Virus record (IMG/VR): IMGVR_UViG_3300024346_003797 | Coordinates: 13,091 to 77,090 of that record | Source of the DNA: a virus | Reading direction: 5' to 3' (one strand) | Length of the DNA stretch: 64,000 nucleotides | Shown: positions 1-9,660 of the stretch, piece by piece | How positions within the stretch are numbered: position 1 is the stretch's first letter | Layout of the letters: each line of letters opens with the position of its first letter | Translations under genes and position numbers: made by a program | Notes under the pieces: generated by a model | The model's database searches: none | What the model was told of the DNA's origin: nothing | Seen by the model: the letters and a program-made list of their open reading frames with translations, nothing else

Positions 1-663
1 TCCCCATTCAAGTACCATCATGCCACGTGCATCATCACCTGCGTCAGCATAGTTATGCGGGAAAGCGTTACCTATATACCACACATTCTTTTTACTTTGA
101 CGTTTATGGAAATGACCACTGAATACTAAATCTGTATTTGGAAAAGAGTCCATATTAATATCACCATGGTCAGGCATTAATATTTGTGCATTCATGTAAA
201 AATTGGGAAGCTCAAAATGTCCAAATATATATTTAGATTTTAATTTTTTAATTTGTTTTGCTTCATCACCTACTAGCCATGGGCAAATAGTCACATCACC
301 TTCAGTAAAAATATCATTAATAACATGAACATTAGGAAGATACCCGGCCCATAATACACTATGAACGTCACGTTTTTCTCTATAGTATAGATCATGGTTC
401 CCTGTTAAAAAGAACACTTGAGTAAAATTAGAATTTAATAATTCTAAACATTGCATAGAATAATGAAGGCTGTGTATATTGATACTCGCTCGGTGATTAT
501 GCCAATCTCCACATATAATTGCAGTATCACACCCCTCATCTTTTGCTTTGGATATAAACCACGTAACAAAATTCAAACAGTCCTCATTGTGAACTATACT
601 ATTTGATTTTAGACCAATGTGAAGGTCAGTCATTACTGCCGCTTTTTTAAATAGATTACTCAT
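1..663 (-). CDS. gp47: T4 gp47-like recombination nuclease (Mre11/SbcD metallophosphoesterase), truncated by window start
   Basis: Not in the ORF track. Manual translation from ATG 663: MSNLFKKAAVMTDLHIGLK...GDWHNHR...GNHD, giving the DxH, GD and GNHD phosphoesterase motifs. Next to gp55 as in T4-like phages. Confidence 0.9.
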   Translation of the reverse strand, partial: MSNLFKKAAVMTDLHIGLKSNSIVHNEDCLNFVTWFISKAKDEGCDTAIICGDWHNHRASINIHSLHYSMQCLELLNSNFTQVFFLTGNHDLYYREKRDVHSVLWAGYLPNVHVINDIFTEGDVTICPWLVGDEAKQIKKLKSKYIFGHFELPNFYMNAQILMPDHGDINMDSFPNTDLVFSGHFHKRQSKKNVWYIGNAFPHNYADAGDDARGMMVLEWG

Positions 664-669
664 ATGTTT

Positions 670-698
670 ATTATATAGGATATGGCACTGCAAAGCAA
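670..698 (-). promoter_or_regulatory. sigma70-type promoter TTGCTT-N17-TATAAT for gp47
   Basis: Reverse strand reads ttgctt (698-693), 17 nt, tataat (675-670); ATG lies 7 nt downstream. Confidence 0.65.
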
Positions 699-712
699 TG
701 CCATTGGACAAA

Positions 713-1624
713 TTATTCTTCGTAAACTGTACTGCTTGACCCAGAACCCTGACGACTCCAACTTGGATTAAGACCGTTGATTTCTAAAATATCATCACGT
801 ATGTTTTGGTTGCGCTTTTCTGTGTTCAATACACGACAGAAGCTGTTAGTTATAGCTGCCGTATAATACGCAAACGGGTTTGCTGATTTGGCTTCATTGA
901 AACGCAAGCCAACATATGTTAGTTGTAGAATGGCACTGTTACGCATTTCGTCATTATATGTATACCCACGCCAATTATATTTCATTGCATATTTTTCACA
1001 CATCATAATATACATACGGGCAAGTTTGTTTGTGATTTTACCATGTTCTTTATTAAAGAAACCAGTTGCTAGATCACCTTCCCAATGACTTTTACCTACA
1101 CAATAGAATGTATTGTTGTCATCAATTTTATAATGTTGGAATGGGGGGAAGTTAACTTTAACATGAACCATATCATCTACTTCAGCTTTGGTTGTATTAT
1201 CTTCTAGGTCAGCAAATATCTCATCTGGATTTGGTTCCTCAAACTCAAAGATATCTTTTGCTGTTTTCTTTTTAACTGTTTTGCGAGGCTGTTTTGGTGC
1301 AACTGGCACGTGATCCCAATTCATTACACGGAATACTAAATCTGTTAATGGAATAGAATCAGGGGAAACTGCATCTTTACTACCTTGTTCTAAGCTTAAA
1401 CGCAATGCACGGGTTTCTTTTGCCTGTTGGATTGTTTCGGGTTTGAAAGCGTATGCTAGACTTTCATCTAGTGGTGCTTGGGGCATATCTACTATGAAGT
1501 CATACCTATGATATTCTGGTTTAGTAAAGCAACAATATGCATTTTTACTCTCATGTATTTCTTTTAAAATATCTTTGTTATTGAGATAGTTTACGGGTTT
1601 GCGTGGTGCGGGGAGTAGAGACAT
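713..1624 (-). CDS. gp55: T4 gp55-like late-transcription sigma factor with internal insertion
   Basis: Motifs NYLNNKDILKEI and YTYNDEM...FNEAKSANPFAYYT...EKR. Start reassigned from 1708 to ATG 1624 behind the AAGGA SD. Confidence 0.88.
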   Translation of the reverse strand: MSLLPAPRKPVNYLNNKDILKEIHESKNAYCCFTKPEYHRYDFIVDMPQAPLDESLAYAFKPETIQQAKETRALRLSLEQGSKDAVSPDSIPLTDLVFRVMNWDHVPVAPKQPRKTVKKKTAKDIFEFEEPNPDEIFADLEDNTTKAEVDDMVHVKVNFPPFQHYKIDDNNTFYCVGKSHWEGDLATGFFNKEHGKITNKLARMYIMMCEKYAMKYNWRGYTYNDEMRNSAILQLTYVGLRFNEAKSANPFAYYTAAITNSFCRVLNTEKRNQNIRDDILEINGLNPSWSRQGSGSSSTVYEE

Positions 1625-1647
1625 AGTTTCCTTATTATGTTTGATGT

Positions 1648-1676
1648 ATTGTAACACATTAGTTGCAGAAAAGCAA
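1648..1676 (-). promoter_or_regulatory. sigma70-type promoter TTGCTT-N17-TACAAT (extended -10) for gp55
   Basis: Reverse strand reads ttgctt ttctgcaactaatgtgt tacaat. Confidence 0.65.
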
Positions 1677-1711
1677 CAATTTATTAGAGAAAAGGGTAAA
1701 ATCAGCACTTT

Positions 1712-1727
1712 TATTTAGCGATAAATA
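1712..1727. promoter_or_regulatory. back-to-back late promoter boxes (CTAAATA on minus, GATAAATA on plus)
   Basis: tatttag-c-gataaata between divergent genes; resembles the T4 late consensus TATAAATA. Confidence 0.65.
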
Positions 1728-1749
1728 TGTGTAAGGATAACAACATATT

Positions 1750-3024
1750 ATGGCATCACAAGCTCAACTAGACGCTGATATTGCATCAACCCAAGCTGAA
1801 ATAGCATCATTAGAACTTCAGCTGGATGCGGCTGCAGGATCACCTAATCCAGACCCTGCGGTAATCGCTAATTTAGAAAGAAGTTTATCTTTTGCACAGA
1901 CTTCTCTGACTAGCTTACAATCACAACTATCTAATTTAACAGTAGCCGCTAATGATCCAAATACTAACGTTGGTAACGACACCGAACAACTATCACGTGG
2001 ACAATTAACTGTTGATCCAAATACAGATCCAAATACTAATCTAGGTAGTGAAACAATACAGAATCCTGCACCGGCAACTATTAATGTAGACGATGCAATT
2101 GAAAAAGCTAGACTGGAAGCTGAGGCAATAAATGGTGAAATAATTCCTCGTACTGAACAAGATATTATTGGTGCATATGGTGGAATGAAGGGTTTACAAG
2201 GATCCGTTGATAATGCCAGAGCACGACAGATTACACAAGATGCAGAAAATGCAAAAACACAAGGTGATTGGCGTGTACGATTAAGTTTAGCACCAAGTGC
2301 AAGCTACTTATATAAAGCCGCTAATCCAGGTATATTAAAATACTTACAAAAAACAGATGGTGTTATATTCCCATATGTCCCGCAAATACAAGTTACTTAT
2401 GCGGCTCATTATGATGCGTCCGAGTTAACACATAGTAACTATAAAATATTTCAGTATAAAAATAGTAGTATAGACCAAATTAGTATTACTTGTGATTTCA
2501 CTGCACAAGACAATGAAGAGGCTAACTATCTTTTAGCAGTAATACATTTCTTTAGGTCAGTTACTAAAATGTTTTATGGACAAGATGATATACCTAAAGC
2601 AGGTACACCTCCACCATTATGTTATCTAAGTGGTTTAGGTGGTTTTCAATTTGATAGACACCCGTTAGTAATATCATCATTTAATTATAGCTTACCCAAT
2701 GATGTAGACTATATACGTGCGGGTAGCCCAACATTACAACCAGGGGTTGACTCAAGTGCATATAATGGTAGTACTGGTGCAGATGCTACAGTTGGTAGTG
2801 TTCGTTTAGGAAGATTGAATCCAGGTGCAACTGAAAATGCACCACAGTTCACAAAAGCAACAAACACGCAACCTACGTATGTACCAACTAAGATATCAAT
2901 ATCACTTGTTGCATATCCTATCGTTACAAGAAGTGATATTAGTAATAAGTTTAGTTTAGCAGATTATGCTACTGGTGCATTATTACAAGGTAGTAAAAAC
3001 CCTAGCGGTGGAGGAATTTGGTAA
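1750..3024 (+). CDS. baseplate tail-tube cap/initiator (gp48/gp54-like) with N-terminal coiled coil
   Basis: C-terminal FPYVPQI...ISITCDFTAQ...TPPPLCYL...ISSFNYSLP tube-like pattern; directly precedes gp53-like gene. Confidence 0.65.
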   Translation: MASQAQLDADIASTQAEIASLELQLDAAAGSPNPDPAVIANLERSLSFAQTSLTSLQSQLSNLTVAANDPNTNVGNDTEQLSRGQLTVDPNTDPNTNLGSETIQNPAPATINVDDAIEKARLEAEAINGEIIPRTEQDIIGAYGGMKGLQGSVDNARARQITQDAENAKTQGDWRVRLSLAPSASYLYKAANPGILKYLQKTDGVIFPYVPQIQVTYAAHYDASELTHSNYKIFQYKNSSIDQISITCDFTAQDNEEANYLLAVIHFFRSVTKMFYGQDDIPKAGTPPPLCYLSGLGGFQFDRHPLVISSFNYSLPNDVDYIRAGSPTLQPGVDSSAYNGSTGADATVGSVRLGRLNPGATENAPQFTKATNTQPTYVPTKISISLVAYPIVTRSDISNKFSLADYATGALLQGSKNPSGGGIW

Positions 3025-3335
3025 TGGCAGATAATACAATGTACCCGGCAACAAGTCCATACTATAGTACAGATATAGTTAATGGCAAGTTTTTAGATGT
3101 GATGATAGATAGACCTATCATTAAACAACCGTCGGATATCTATTGGGAAATTACTATGGTGTATGAATATCGTCCTGATTTGCTAGCATATGACTTATAT
3201 GCAGACAGTAGATTGTGGTGGGTGTTTGCTAGTAGAAATCCAAATAGATTAAAAGATCCGTATTTTGATTTTGTAACGGGTGTGGGTATATACTTACCTA
3301 AGGCGCCTTTATTAAAACAGTTATTGGGACTATAA
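3024..3335 (+). CDS. gp53: baseplate wedge gp53/LysM-like protein
   Basis: YRPDLLAYDLYADSRLWWVFASRNP motif; start at TAATG overlap 3024. Confidence 0.8.
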   Translation: MADNTMYPATSPYYSTDIVNGKFLDVMIDRPIIKQPSDIYWEITMVYEYRPDLLAYDLYADSRLWWVFASRNPNRLKDPYFDFVTGVGIYLPKAPLLKQLLGL

Positions 3336-5891
3336 ATGGCAAATTCGAATAATCTCACTGGTGATGCGGATAGTGATAACGGGTACAACAAAGAAGAAAT
3401 AGCTAAACTCGCCTCAATAAAAAATGATATCTCACCTAACAATGAAATGGAAACGCTTAACGAAGGTTATGCGGGCACTACTACGGCGGGACAAGCAGGC
3501 AAAGGATCAGCAAATAAGGTACAGTCAAATGAGATTGCTGCCGGCCCTAAACCAGGACAAAGACCACAAAACCCATTAGCATCTTTTTCAAGTTACACAT
3601 ATCAAATTACATTGTACATGATAACACCAGATGCATACGATGCCTTTATTCAATCCGGTAGAGCTAATATTAATGCTATTAATAATGCCGCTAACCCACA
3701 AGTAGCTACTGCACTCGCAGAAGGAAATTCAGGTGCATACATCATAGCGCAAAGCGGTGGCATAAACAATAAGACAAGTAAAAGAGCATTTGACCTCGAT
3801 TTTTATATAGATGATTTAAAAATTACCACAGCTATTAATGGCAAGTCAACCACCACTGCATCTAATGATACTAAGATGACATTTAATATTTACGAACCAT
3901 ATGGCTTTTCGTTTATATCAAAAATTACAAGGGCGGCACAGTTATTAAAATCAACTAGTAAGATTAAAGATTTTAGAGATTTGTCTAATGCTACAAAACA
4001 GTTTTTTGTATTAGGAATTAGATTTCAAGGCTACGATCAAGCTGGTAAAGAAATATCAGCATCTACCTCTACTAATTTAAACAAGTTTGACATGACTGGT
4101 GATTCTGGAGGTGTCTTTGAACGTTTCTTTGATATAATGATTACTAGTATGAAGTTTAAGATTGATGGGAAGACGACAGTATATAATATTACTGCCGCAC
4201 CTATTGCCCCTAAAGTAGGATTTGGTGTTAAGTATGGTAGGGTAGATAATGGTGCACGACTAGAAGGCAGCACTGTACATGATGCATTAACTGGAACTAG
4301 GGGTTTGTTGACAACACTAAATGAACAGCAGGTTGCAATATCAAAAAAATTAGGTACAGGTAGTATTCCAAATGTATATAAACTTGAATTTTTAGGAAAT
4401 GCAGAGACAACTATCGGTAAAGCTTCAATTGTAAGTATAGCTGATTTAGATAAATCAAAATATCCAATGAGTGCCGCAGCCAATATTGGTCAGGTGAATG
4501 AATCCGTATCAGTTAAAACAGTACCAAATAGTAACAGAAGAACTATTACATTTACCAATGATGTATCTATTATGCAGGCAGTAAGTTCTATTGTATCACA
4601 GAGTAGTTATTTGGAAGACGCATTGAATGTTATTATTAAATCAGAGACACAACCTGATCCTTCTCCTAACTCGCAGGGTGAAATAAAAGATCCAACTCCT
4701 GAAAGTATTAAATGGTATAATTTAGGGTCAAGAGTTAAAGTATTAGGGTTCGACACAGTAGTAAAAGATTTTGCATATGAAATAACTTACATCATACAGC
4801 CTTATGAAACTCCAGCAGTTACTAGTCCATATGCAGGTAAAACAACTAAGTATTATGGCGCACATAAAAGATATGAATATTGGTTTACAGGTAAAAACTC
4901 TGAGATAATTCAATACGAACAAAAATTAGACAATGCATATTTTACTGTAGCATTAAATCCTACTGGTACTGACGCTAGTACCGGCGGTGGAACAAATACT
5001 CCAACCTTTCCGAACAAACGACAAAATGAAGATAGAACTGGTAAGTTAGATGTGGGTAAAGAAGCACAAAACTCTTACCTAACAAGTTTATACGATCCAG
5101 GAGCATATGCATCTGCAAAGGTAACTATATTAGGAGATCCAGATTACTTGATGCAAGAAAGTCCGGGATCTGTTAACAGTGTATATCGTCAATTTTATGG
5201 TAGAGGATTTACTATAAACCCTAATGGTGGACAAGTGTTTATTGAGATAGATTTTAAAGAAGCTATAGATTATAACAATGATGATGGTTTATTATCTATC
5301 AACGAGTCCATACTGTTTTGGAAATATCCTAAAGAAATATCTTCTGCTGTTAAAGGCGTTAGTTATATGGTAACAACCGTTGATAGTATTTTTTCTAAAG
5401 GTAAGTTTACGCAAGAGTTACAATGTATTATAAACACCTTTCCTGATATATCAACTAAAAACACCGCAGCCGCAGCAGGCAGACCAATCGCAACCTCTAC
5501 TAGATTTGAAAACACTTCAACTCAAGCCGCCGCCGAAACTAATAGATTAGTTAATGCGGGTAATAGATATGCTTATGCACCGAATCAATCTAATGCTGAA
5601 ACTGCTAGATTGGCAAGATTAAATGTTCGAACAGGTGGGTCACAAACAGGCTCAAGTGGAGCGGCAAATACAGGAGAGAACTCATCTGGTAACACTGGAT
5701 ATCTTAAAGATAATCCTCCTAATACGGAAAACCCATCGATGGGTAATGAGGCTGCTAAGTACAATACAAATCAATCATCTAATGCAGCCTCAGAACCTGA
5801 TGATGAGAATGTTGTAAATCCTAAACAACAACCTGCAAATCAAGGTGGTAGAGATGAACCAGTACAAGGAAGACCAAGGGGCGGAGCATAA
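3336..5891 (+). CDS. baseplate hub-like tail protein
   Basis: 851 aa between gp53 and gp5; late-D/gp27-like VTILGDPDYL and YMVTTVDSIFSKGKFTQEL. Confidence 0.55.
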   Translation: MANSNNLTGDADSDNGYNKEEIAKLASIKNDISPNNEMETLNEGYAGTTTAGQAGKGSANKVQSNEIAAGPKPGQRPQNPLASFSSYTYQITLYMITPDAYDAFIQSGRANINAINNAANPQVATALAEGNSGAYIIAQSGGINNKTSKRAFDLDFYIDDLKITTAINGKSTTTASNDTKMTFNIYEPYGFSFISKITRAAQLLKSTSKIKDFRDLSNATKQFFVLGIRFQGYDQAGKEISASTSTNLNKFDMTGDSGGVFERFFDIMITSMKFKIDGKTTVYNITAAPIAPKVGFGVKYGRVDNGARLEGSTVHDALTGTRGLLTTLNEQQVAISKKLGTGSIPNVYKLEFLGNAETTIGKASIVSIADLDKSKYPMSAAANIGQVNESVSVKTVPNSNRRTITFTNDVSIMQAVSSIVSQSSYLEDALNVIIKSETQPDPSPNSQGEIKDPTPESIKWYNLGSRVKVLGFDTVVKDFAYEITYIIQPYETPAVTSPYAGKTTKYYGAHKRYEYWFTGKNSEIIQYEQKLDNAYFTVALNPTGTDASTGGGTNTPTFPNKRQNEDRTGKLDVGKEAQNSYLTSLYDPGAYASAKVTILGDPDYLMQESPGSVNSVYRQFYGRGFTINPNGGQVFIEIDFKEAIDYNNDDGLLSINESILFWKYPKEISSAVKGVSYMVTTVDSIFSKGKFTQELQCIINTFPDISTKNTAAAAGRPIATSTRFENTSTQAAAETNRLVNAGNRYAYAPNQSNAETARLARLNVRTGGSQTGSSGAANTGENSSGNTGYLKDNPPNTENPSMGNEAAKYNTNQSSNAASEPDDENVVNPKQQPANQGGRDEPVQGRPRGGA

Positions 5892-5894
5892 CAT

Positions 5895-8800
5895 ATGGCA
5901 TATGATGAAATAAAACCCAGGGGTAGTACTAAAGCAAGTAGACCTGATGCAGGTGGCGCAGTATTACGTAGTGTACCTCTTTTTGGTATTGTTAAAGACA
6001 ATATCGATCCAATACGTTCAGGTCGATTACAGGTATATATCAGTGATTTAGGTGGATTAGACCCTGACGATAGCAATAATTGGGTAACAGTTAGTTATAT
6101 GACTCCATTCTATGGGGTAACTACACCATCAAGTGCAAATACAGGTTGGGGAGAATATATAAAGAATCCCAACAGTTATGGTATGTGGAATAGTCAACCT
6201 GATTTGGGTACTACAGTTATATGCATATTCATTAACGGTGATCCTAATTATGGATTTTGGATAGGATGTGTTCCTCAACCTGAAGCATTACACATGGTAC
6301 CTGCAATTGGTGGCACTGACAATATTGTTGCAAACGCAGGTGAAGCAAGAGGACTAGGTGGTGCAGTACGTTTACCAGTAGTTAATATTAATACTAACAA
6401 TGAGGGAATTGCAAATAGTAATAAATTTTTATCTGATGCCAAACCTGTACATAGTTATGTTGCTAGTATACTAGCACAACAGGGTTTAATTAGAGATCCT
6501 ATTAGGGGAGTTATTGGATCAAGCGCACAACGTGAAGCACCAAGTCGTGTTGGTTGGGGAGTAAGCACACCAGGCAGACCTATATATGAAGGTGGTTTTA
6601 CTGATGAAACTATTGCTGATGCCGCTAGCGGGACTGGCAAAACTGCTGGATTAAAAGTTATTGCACGTAGAGCCGGTCACACACTAGTAATGGATGACGG
6701 AGACATATTAGGTCGAGACCAATTAGTAAGAATACGTAGTAGTTTAGGACATCAAATATTAATGAGTGATGATGGACAAACACTATTCATCATTCACGCT
6801 AATGGGCAAAGTTATATTGAGTTAGGAAAAGAAGGTACAATTGACATGTACTCTACTAACTCATTCAATGTAAGAACGCAAGGTGATTTAAACTTACATG
6901 CAGATAATAACATTAATATCAATGCAGGCAAACAATTAAACATCAGTGCAGAAACAATTGCAATTAGTAGTGAAAAAGAAACTATACAAAAAGTTGGAAC
7001 AGATTTTAGTTTGTATGCTTCTGGTAAATATACAACCAAAGTAGATGGTAAGATGAGTTTTGCTAGTAGTTCAGATGCATCTTTTTATAGTGATTCCATT
7101 ACATACTTCAATGGTAGTAAGATTAATTTAAATACAGGATCATCTAGTCTTGTACCACAAGAAGTTAAACCATTGCCTGTAGTAGCACATACTGATACAT
7201 TGAATGATGCTACTAAAGGTTGGGCGGCTGCACCTGGTAAGTTATTAAGTATTGTAAGTAGAGCACCTGCTCACGCACCGTGGGCTAGCGCAAATCAAGG
7301 TGTAGATGTTAAAGTTAATAACAATGCTAGTTCTGCATTACCTTCAGCACCTTCACCGGCAGTAGCTGCCGCAAATGCAAGTGCAGGAGAAGGTCCAACC
7401 ACAGCACCTGTATCTGTTGCAGTTGCCTCTACTGTACCACCAACAGCGGCAATAAGCACGGCACTTGATAAAAATACAACCAGTACAATGGTTGGTCAAA
7501 TATCAACCTTGGCAGCAACTGGTCCCGCAGCCTCCGCAGTTAAACTAGGAGCAGGAGTAGTAGACACTGCAACAGGCAAAGTAGCCTGCATTGGAGCAAT
7601 GGCACAAAGCCCAGAACAAATGGAACAAGCAGGAATACTTAAGCCGGGCTCGGCAGCATTGATTGCTAAGTTAGTTGCTGATGGTAAAACAGTAGAAGAA
7701 GCAATGACCTCAAACTTGTTTACAGGTATGCCCGGAGCAGAAAATCTCAAAACATATATTAGTAACATAAGTGCTCAATGTGCGGCGCAAGTTAATACAT
7801 TCCAAAAAGCACAAACTGCATTAACACAAAATGGACTGATTACTGGTAATGAAGCAGGTACTCAAATTGCCGGTCTAGTTATGTCAGCGTCAACTGCTGG
7901 TATATCAGATACAGTTAACTTTGTTAAAAATGCCGCTAATTCTGCAATAGGAGCAGTAACAGGAGCAGTGTCAAATATCGCAGGAGCCGCTACAGGAGCA
8001 TTAAACAATGTGTTAGGATCGGCTAGTAGTTTAGTGTCAGCAGGTAATTTTGCTGGTAACTTATCTAGTACAGTTACAGGTGGACTAAGTAGTATCGCAG
8101 GCTCGTTAGGTGGCATGGCTAAAGGAGCTGTAGCTGGTATAGCAGGATTATTAGATAGTGCTAAAGGTGTAGCAGGCAGTGCATTCAGTGCAATTACAGG
8201 AGCATTCCCAACATTACAGGCTGGTGTACCACAAAATATCAAAGACATAACAGAAAAAGCACAAGCGACAGCACAAGCACCGTCATCCAATCCATTGTCA
8301 GGTGCATTAAATGCAGTAACAGGCGCAATAGCAGGAGTTACAGGTGCAGCTACAGGATTATTAAAAAATACATTAGGCGTAACTGCAAATCTATCTACTG
8401 GATTAGGCGCGTTACCGGGAGGAGCTGGAGTAGTTGCTTCTGTGGTTAATAATGCTGTGGGAGCTGTTAATACTATACCCGGAGTTAGTGCAGTAACAGG
8501 ATTAATTGGACAAGCAACATCAATAACAAATGGTATATCTAGTTTAGCAGTTAATCCATTAGCGTCATCTAATATATTAAACGCAGCCTCAGGAGCAGCC
8601 GGAGCATTGACAAAAGGTCTAGACGACTTAAAGAGTGGTAAATTATCACTATCATCATTAGCTAGTGCAGGATTACCAGCTGGTGCAGCCGCACAATTAA
8701 ATGCCGCTATTAGCTCAATGAGTTCAGGTGGCGCAGTACAAATCAAATTACCAACAGTAGCTATTAATACTACCGATAGAAGTGAATTAACATCACAAGT

Positions 8801-9134
8801 TACTAATATATTGGGCAACTCAAAAATACCAGCACCAAACTTTGCAGGTGTTAGTGAAGATGCATATAAGGCTGGATTATCTAAAATAGATGCAAAAAAA
8901 GAAAAGTATAAAGAAATTGATGCAAAATTAGAGGCTTTAAACGAGGAAGCTAAAACAGTTAGAGCACAATATAATGCATCTGCTGAAACATACGAAAATG
9001 CAAATAACAACTTACCTGCAGGTGACCCGTCAGTCAGGGCAATATACGAAACAACACAACAATATAGAACACAGTTACTAGCACTTCAGAAAAAAGGATA
9101 TGACCTGCTGAATGAGCGAGACAACATAGTATAA
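5895..9134 (+). CDS. gp5: gp5/VgrG-like central spike with long Ala/Gly-rich extension
   Basis: OB-fold GIVKDNIDPIRSGRLQV...PDLGTTVICIFINGDP; beta-helix GHTLVMDD/GHQILMSDD; followed by gp25. Confidence 0.8.
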   Translation: MAYDEIKPRGSTKASRPDAGGAVLRSVPLFGIVKDNIDPIRSGRLQVYISDLGGLDPDDSNNWVTVSYMTPFYGVTTPSSANTGWGEYIKNPNSYGMWNSQPDLGTTVICIFINGDPNYGFWIGCVPQPEALHMVPAIGGTDNIVANAGEARGLGGAVRLPVVNINTNNEGIANSNKFLSDAKPVHSYVASILAQQGLIRDPIRGVIGSSAQREAPSRVGWGVSTPGRPIYEGGFTDETIADAASGTGKTAGLKVIARRAGHTLVMDDGDILGRDQLVRIRSSLGHQILMSDDGQTLFIIHANGQSYIELGKEGTIDMYSTNSFNVRTQGDLNLHADNNININAGKQLNISAETIAISSEKETIQKVGTDFSLYASGKYTTKVDGKMSFASSSDASFYSDSITYFNGSKINLNTGSSSLVPQEVKPLPVVAHTDTLNDATKGWAAAPGKLLSIVSRAPAHAPWASANQGVDVKVNNNASSALPSAPSPAVAAANASAGEGPTTAPVSVAVASTVPPTAAISTALDKNTTSTMVGQISTLAATGPAASAVKLGAGVVDTATGKVACIGAMAQSPEQMEQAGILKPGSAALIAKLVADGKTVEEAMTSNLFTGMPGAENLKTYISNISAQCAAQVNTFQKAQTALTQNGLITGNEAGTQIAGLVMSASTAGISDTVNFVKNAANSAIGAVTGAVSNIAGAATGALNNVLGSASSLVSAGNFAGNLSSTVTGGLSSIAGSLGGMAKGAVAGIAGLLDSAKGVAGSAFSAITGAFPTLQAGVPQNIKDITEKAQATAQAPSSNPLSGALNAVTGAIAGVTGAATGLLKNTLGVTANLSTGLGALPGGAGVVASVVNNAVGAVNTIPGVSAVTGLIGQATSITNGISSLAVNPLASSNILNAASGAAGALTKGLDDLKSGKLSLSSLASAGLPAGAAAQLNAAISSMSSGGAVQIKLPTVAINTTDRSELTSQVTNILGNSKIPAPNFAGVSEDAYKAGLSKIDAKKEKYKEIDAKLEALNEEAKTVRAQYNASAETYENANNNLPAGDPSVRAIYETTQQYRTQLLALQKKGYDLLNERDNIV

Positions 9135-9137
9135 ATA
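9130..9137 (+). promoter_or_regulatory. late promoter TATAAATA
   Basis: Exact T4 late consensus upstream of gp25. Confidence 0.75.
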
Positions 9138-9154
9138 CGATATAGGATAACAAC

Positions 9155-9604
9155 ATGCCAGCATACATCGGATTCAGTACAATTAACGCTAACAAGCCGC
9201 GTTCTACTAATTTACCTGCAGGTATTGCGGGTGGTGTTGGATCAATACCACAACCAGTTACTCCTGGTAAAAAGTTTAAGTTAGTAGACCAACAATTAGT
9301 GATACAAGATTTTATTAATGCGTTGAATATTCAGCAAGGACAGAAAGTTGGAAATCCCGGATACGGAACCACATTGTGGAGCTTTGTATTTGAACCCAAT
9401 ACATTTGATGTACAAAATAAACTAGAAACTGAACTTAGACGAGTTGCCAATCAAGACCCAAGACTTATCGTTAATACGGTTAGTGCATATCCCCAAGAAA
9501 ATGGTATATTGATTGAAATGGAACTAGCTATAGCACCCTTTAATAATGCACAATTATTAAGCGTTTTCTTTAATAACACAACCGGCACAGCAGTTATTCA
9601 GTAA
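9155..9604 (+). CDS. gp25: baseplate wedge gp25
   Basis: NIQQGQKVGNPGYGTTLWSFVFEP...DPRL pattern. Confidence 0.85.
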   Translation: MPAYIGFSTINANKPRSTNLPAGIAGGVGSIPQPVTPGKKFKLVDQQLVIQDFINALNIQQGQKVGNPGYGTTLWSFVFEPNTFDVQNKLETELRRVANQDPRLIVNTVSAYPQENGILIEMELAIAPFNNAQLLSVFFNNTTGTAVIQ

Positions 9605-9633
9605 TATCTTACAAAAACGATGGTTCTAAGTAT

Positions 9634-9641
9634 GATAAATA
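9634..9641 (+). promoter_or_regulatory. late promoter GATAAATA
   Basis: Intergenic, upstream of gp6. Confidence 0.7.
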
Positions 9642-9660
9642 CTTAAAAGAGAATACCACT

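Noticed and set aside
7862-9010. 382-aa antisense ORF
   Set aside because: Shadow of the Ala/Gly-rich gp5 codons; no independent signals
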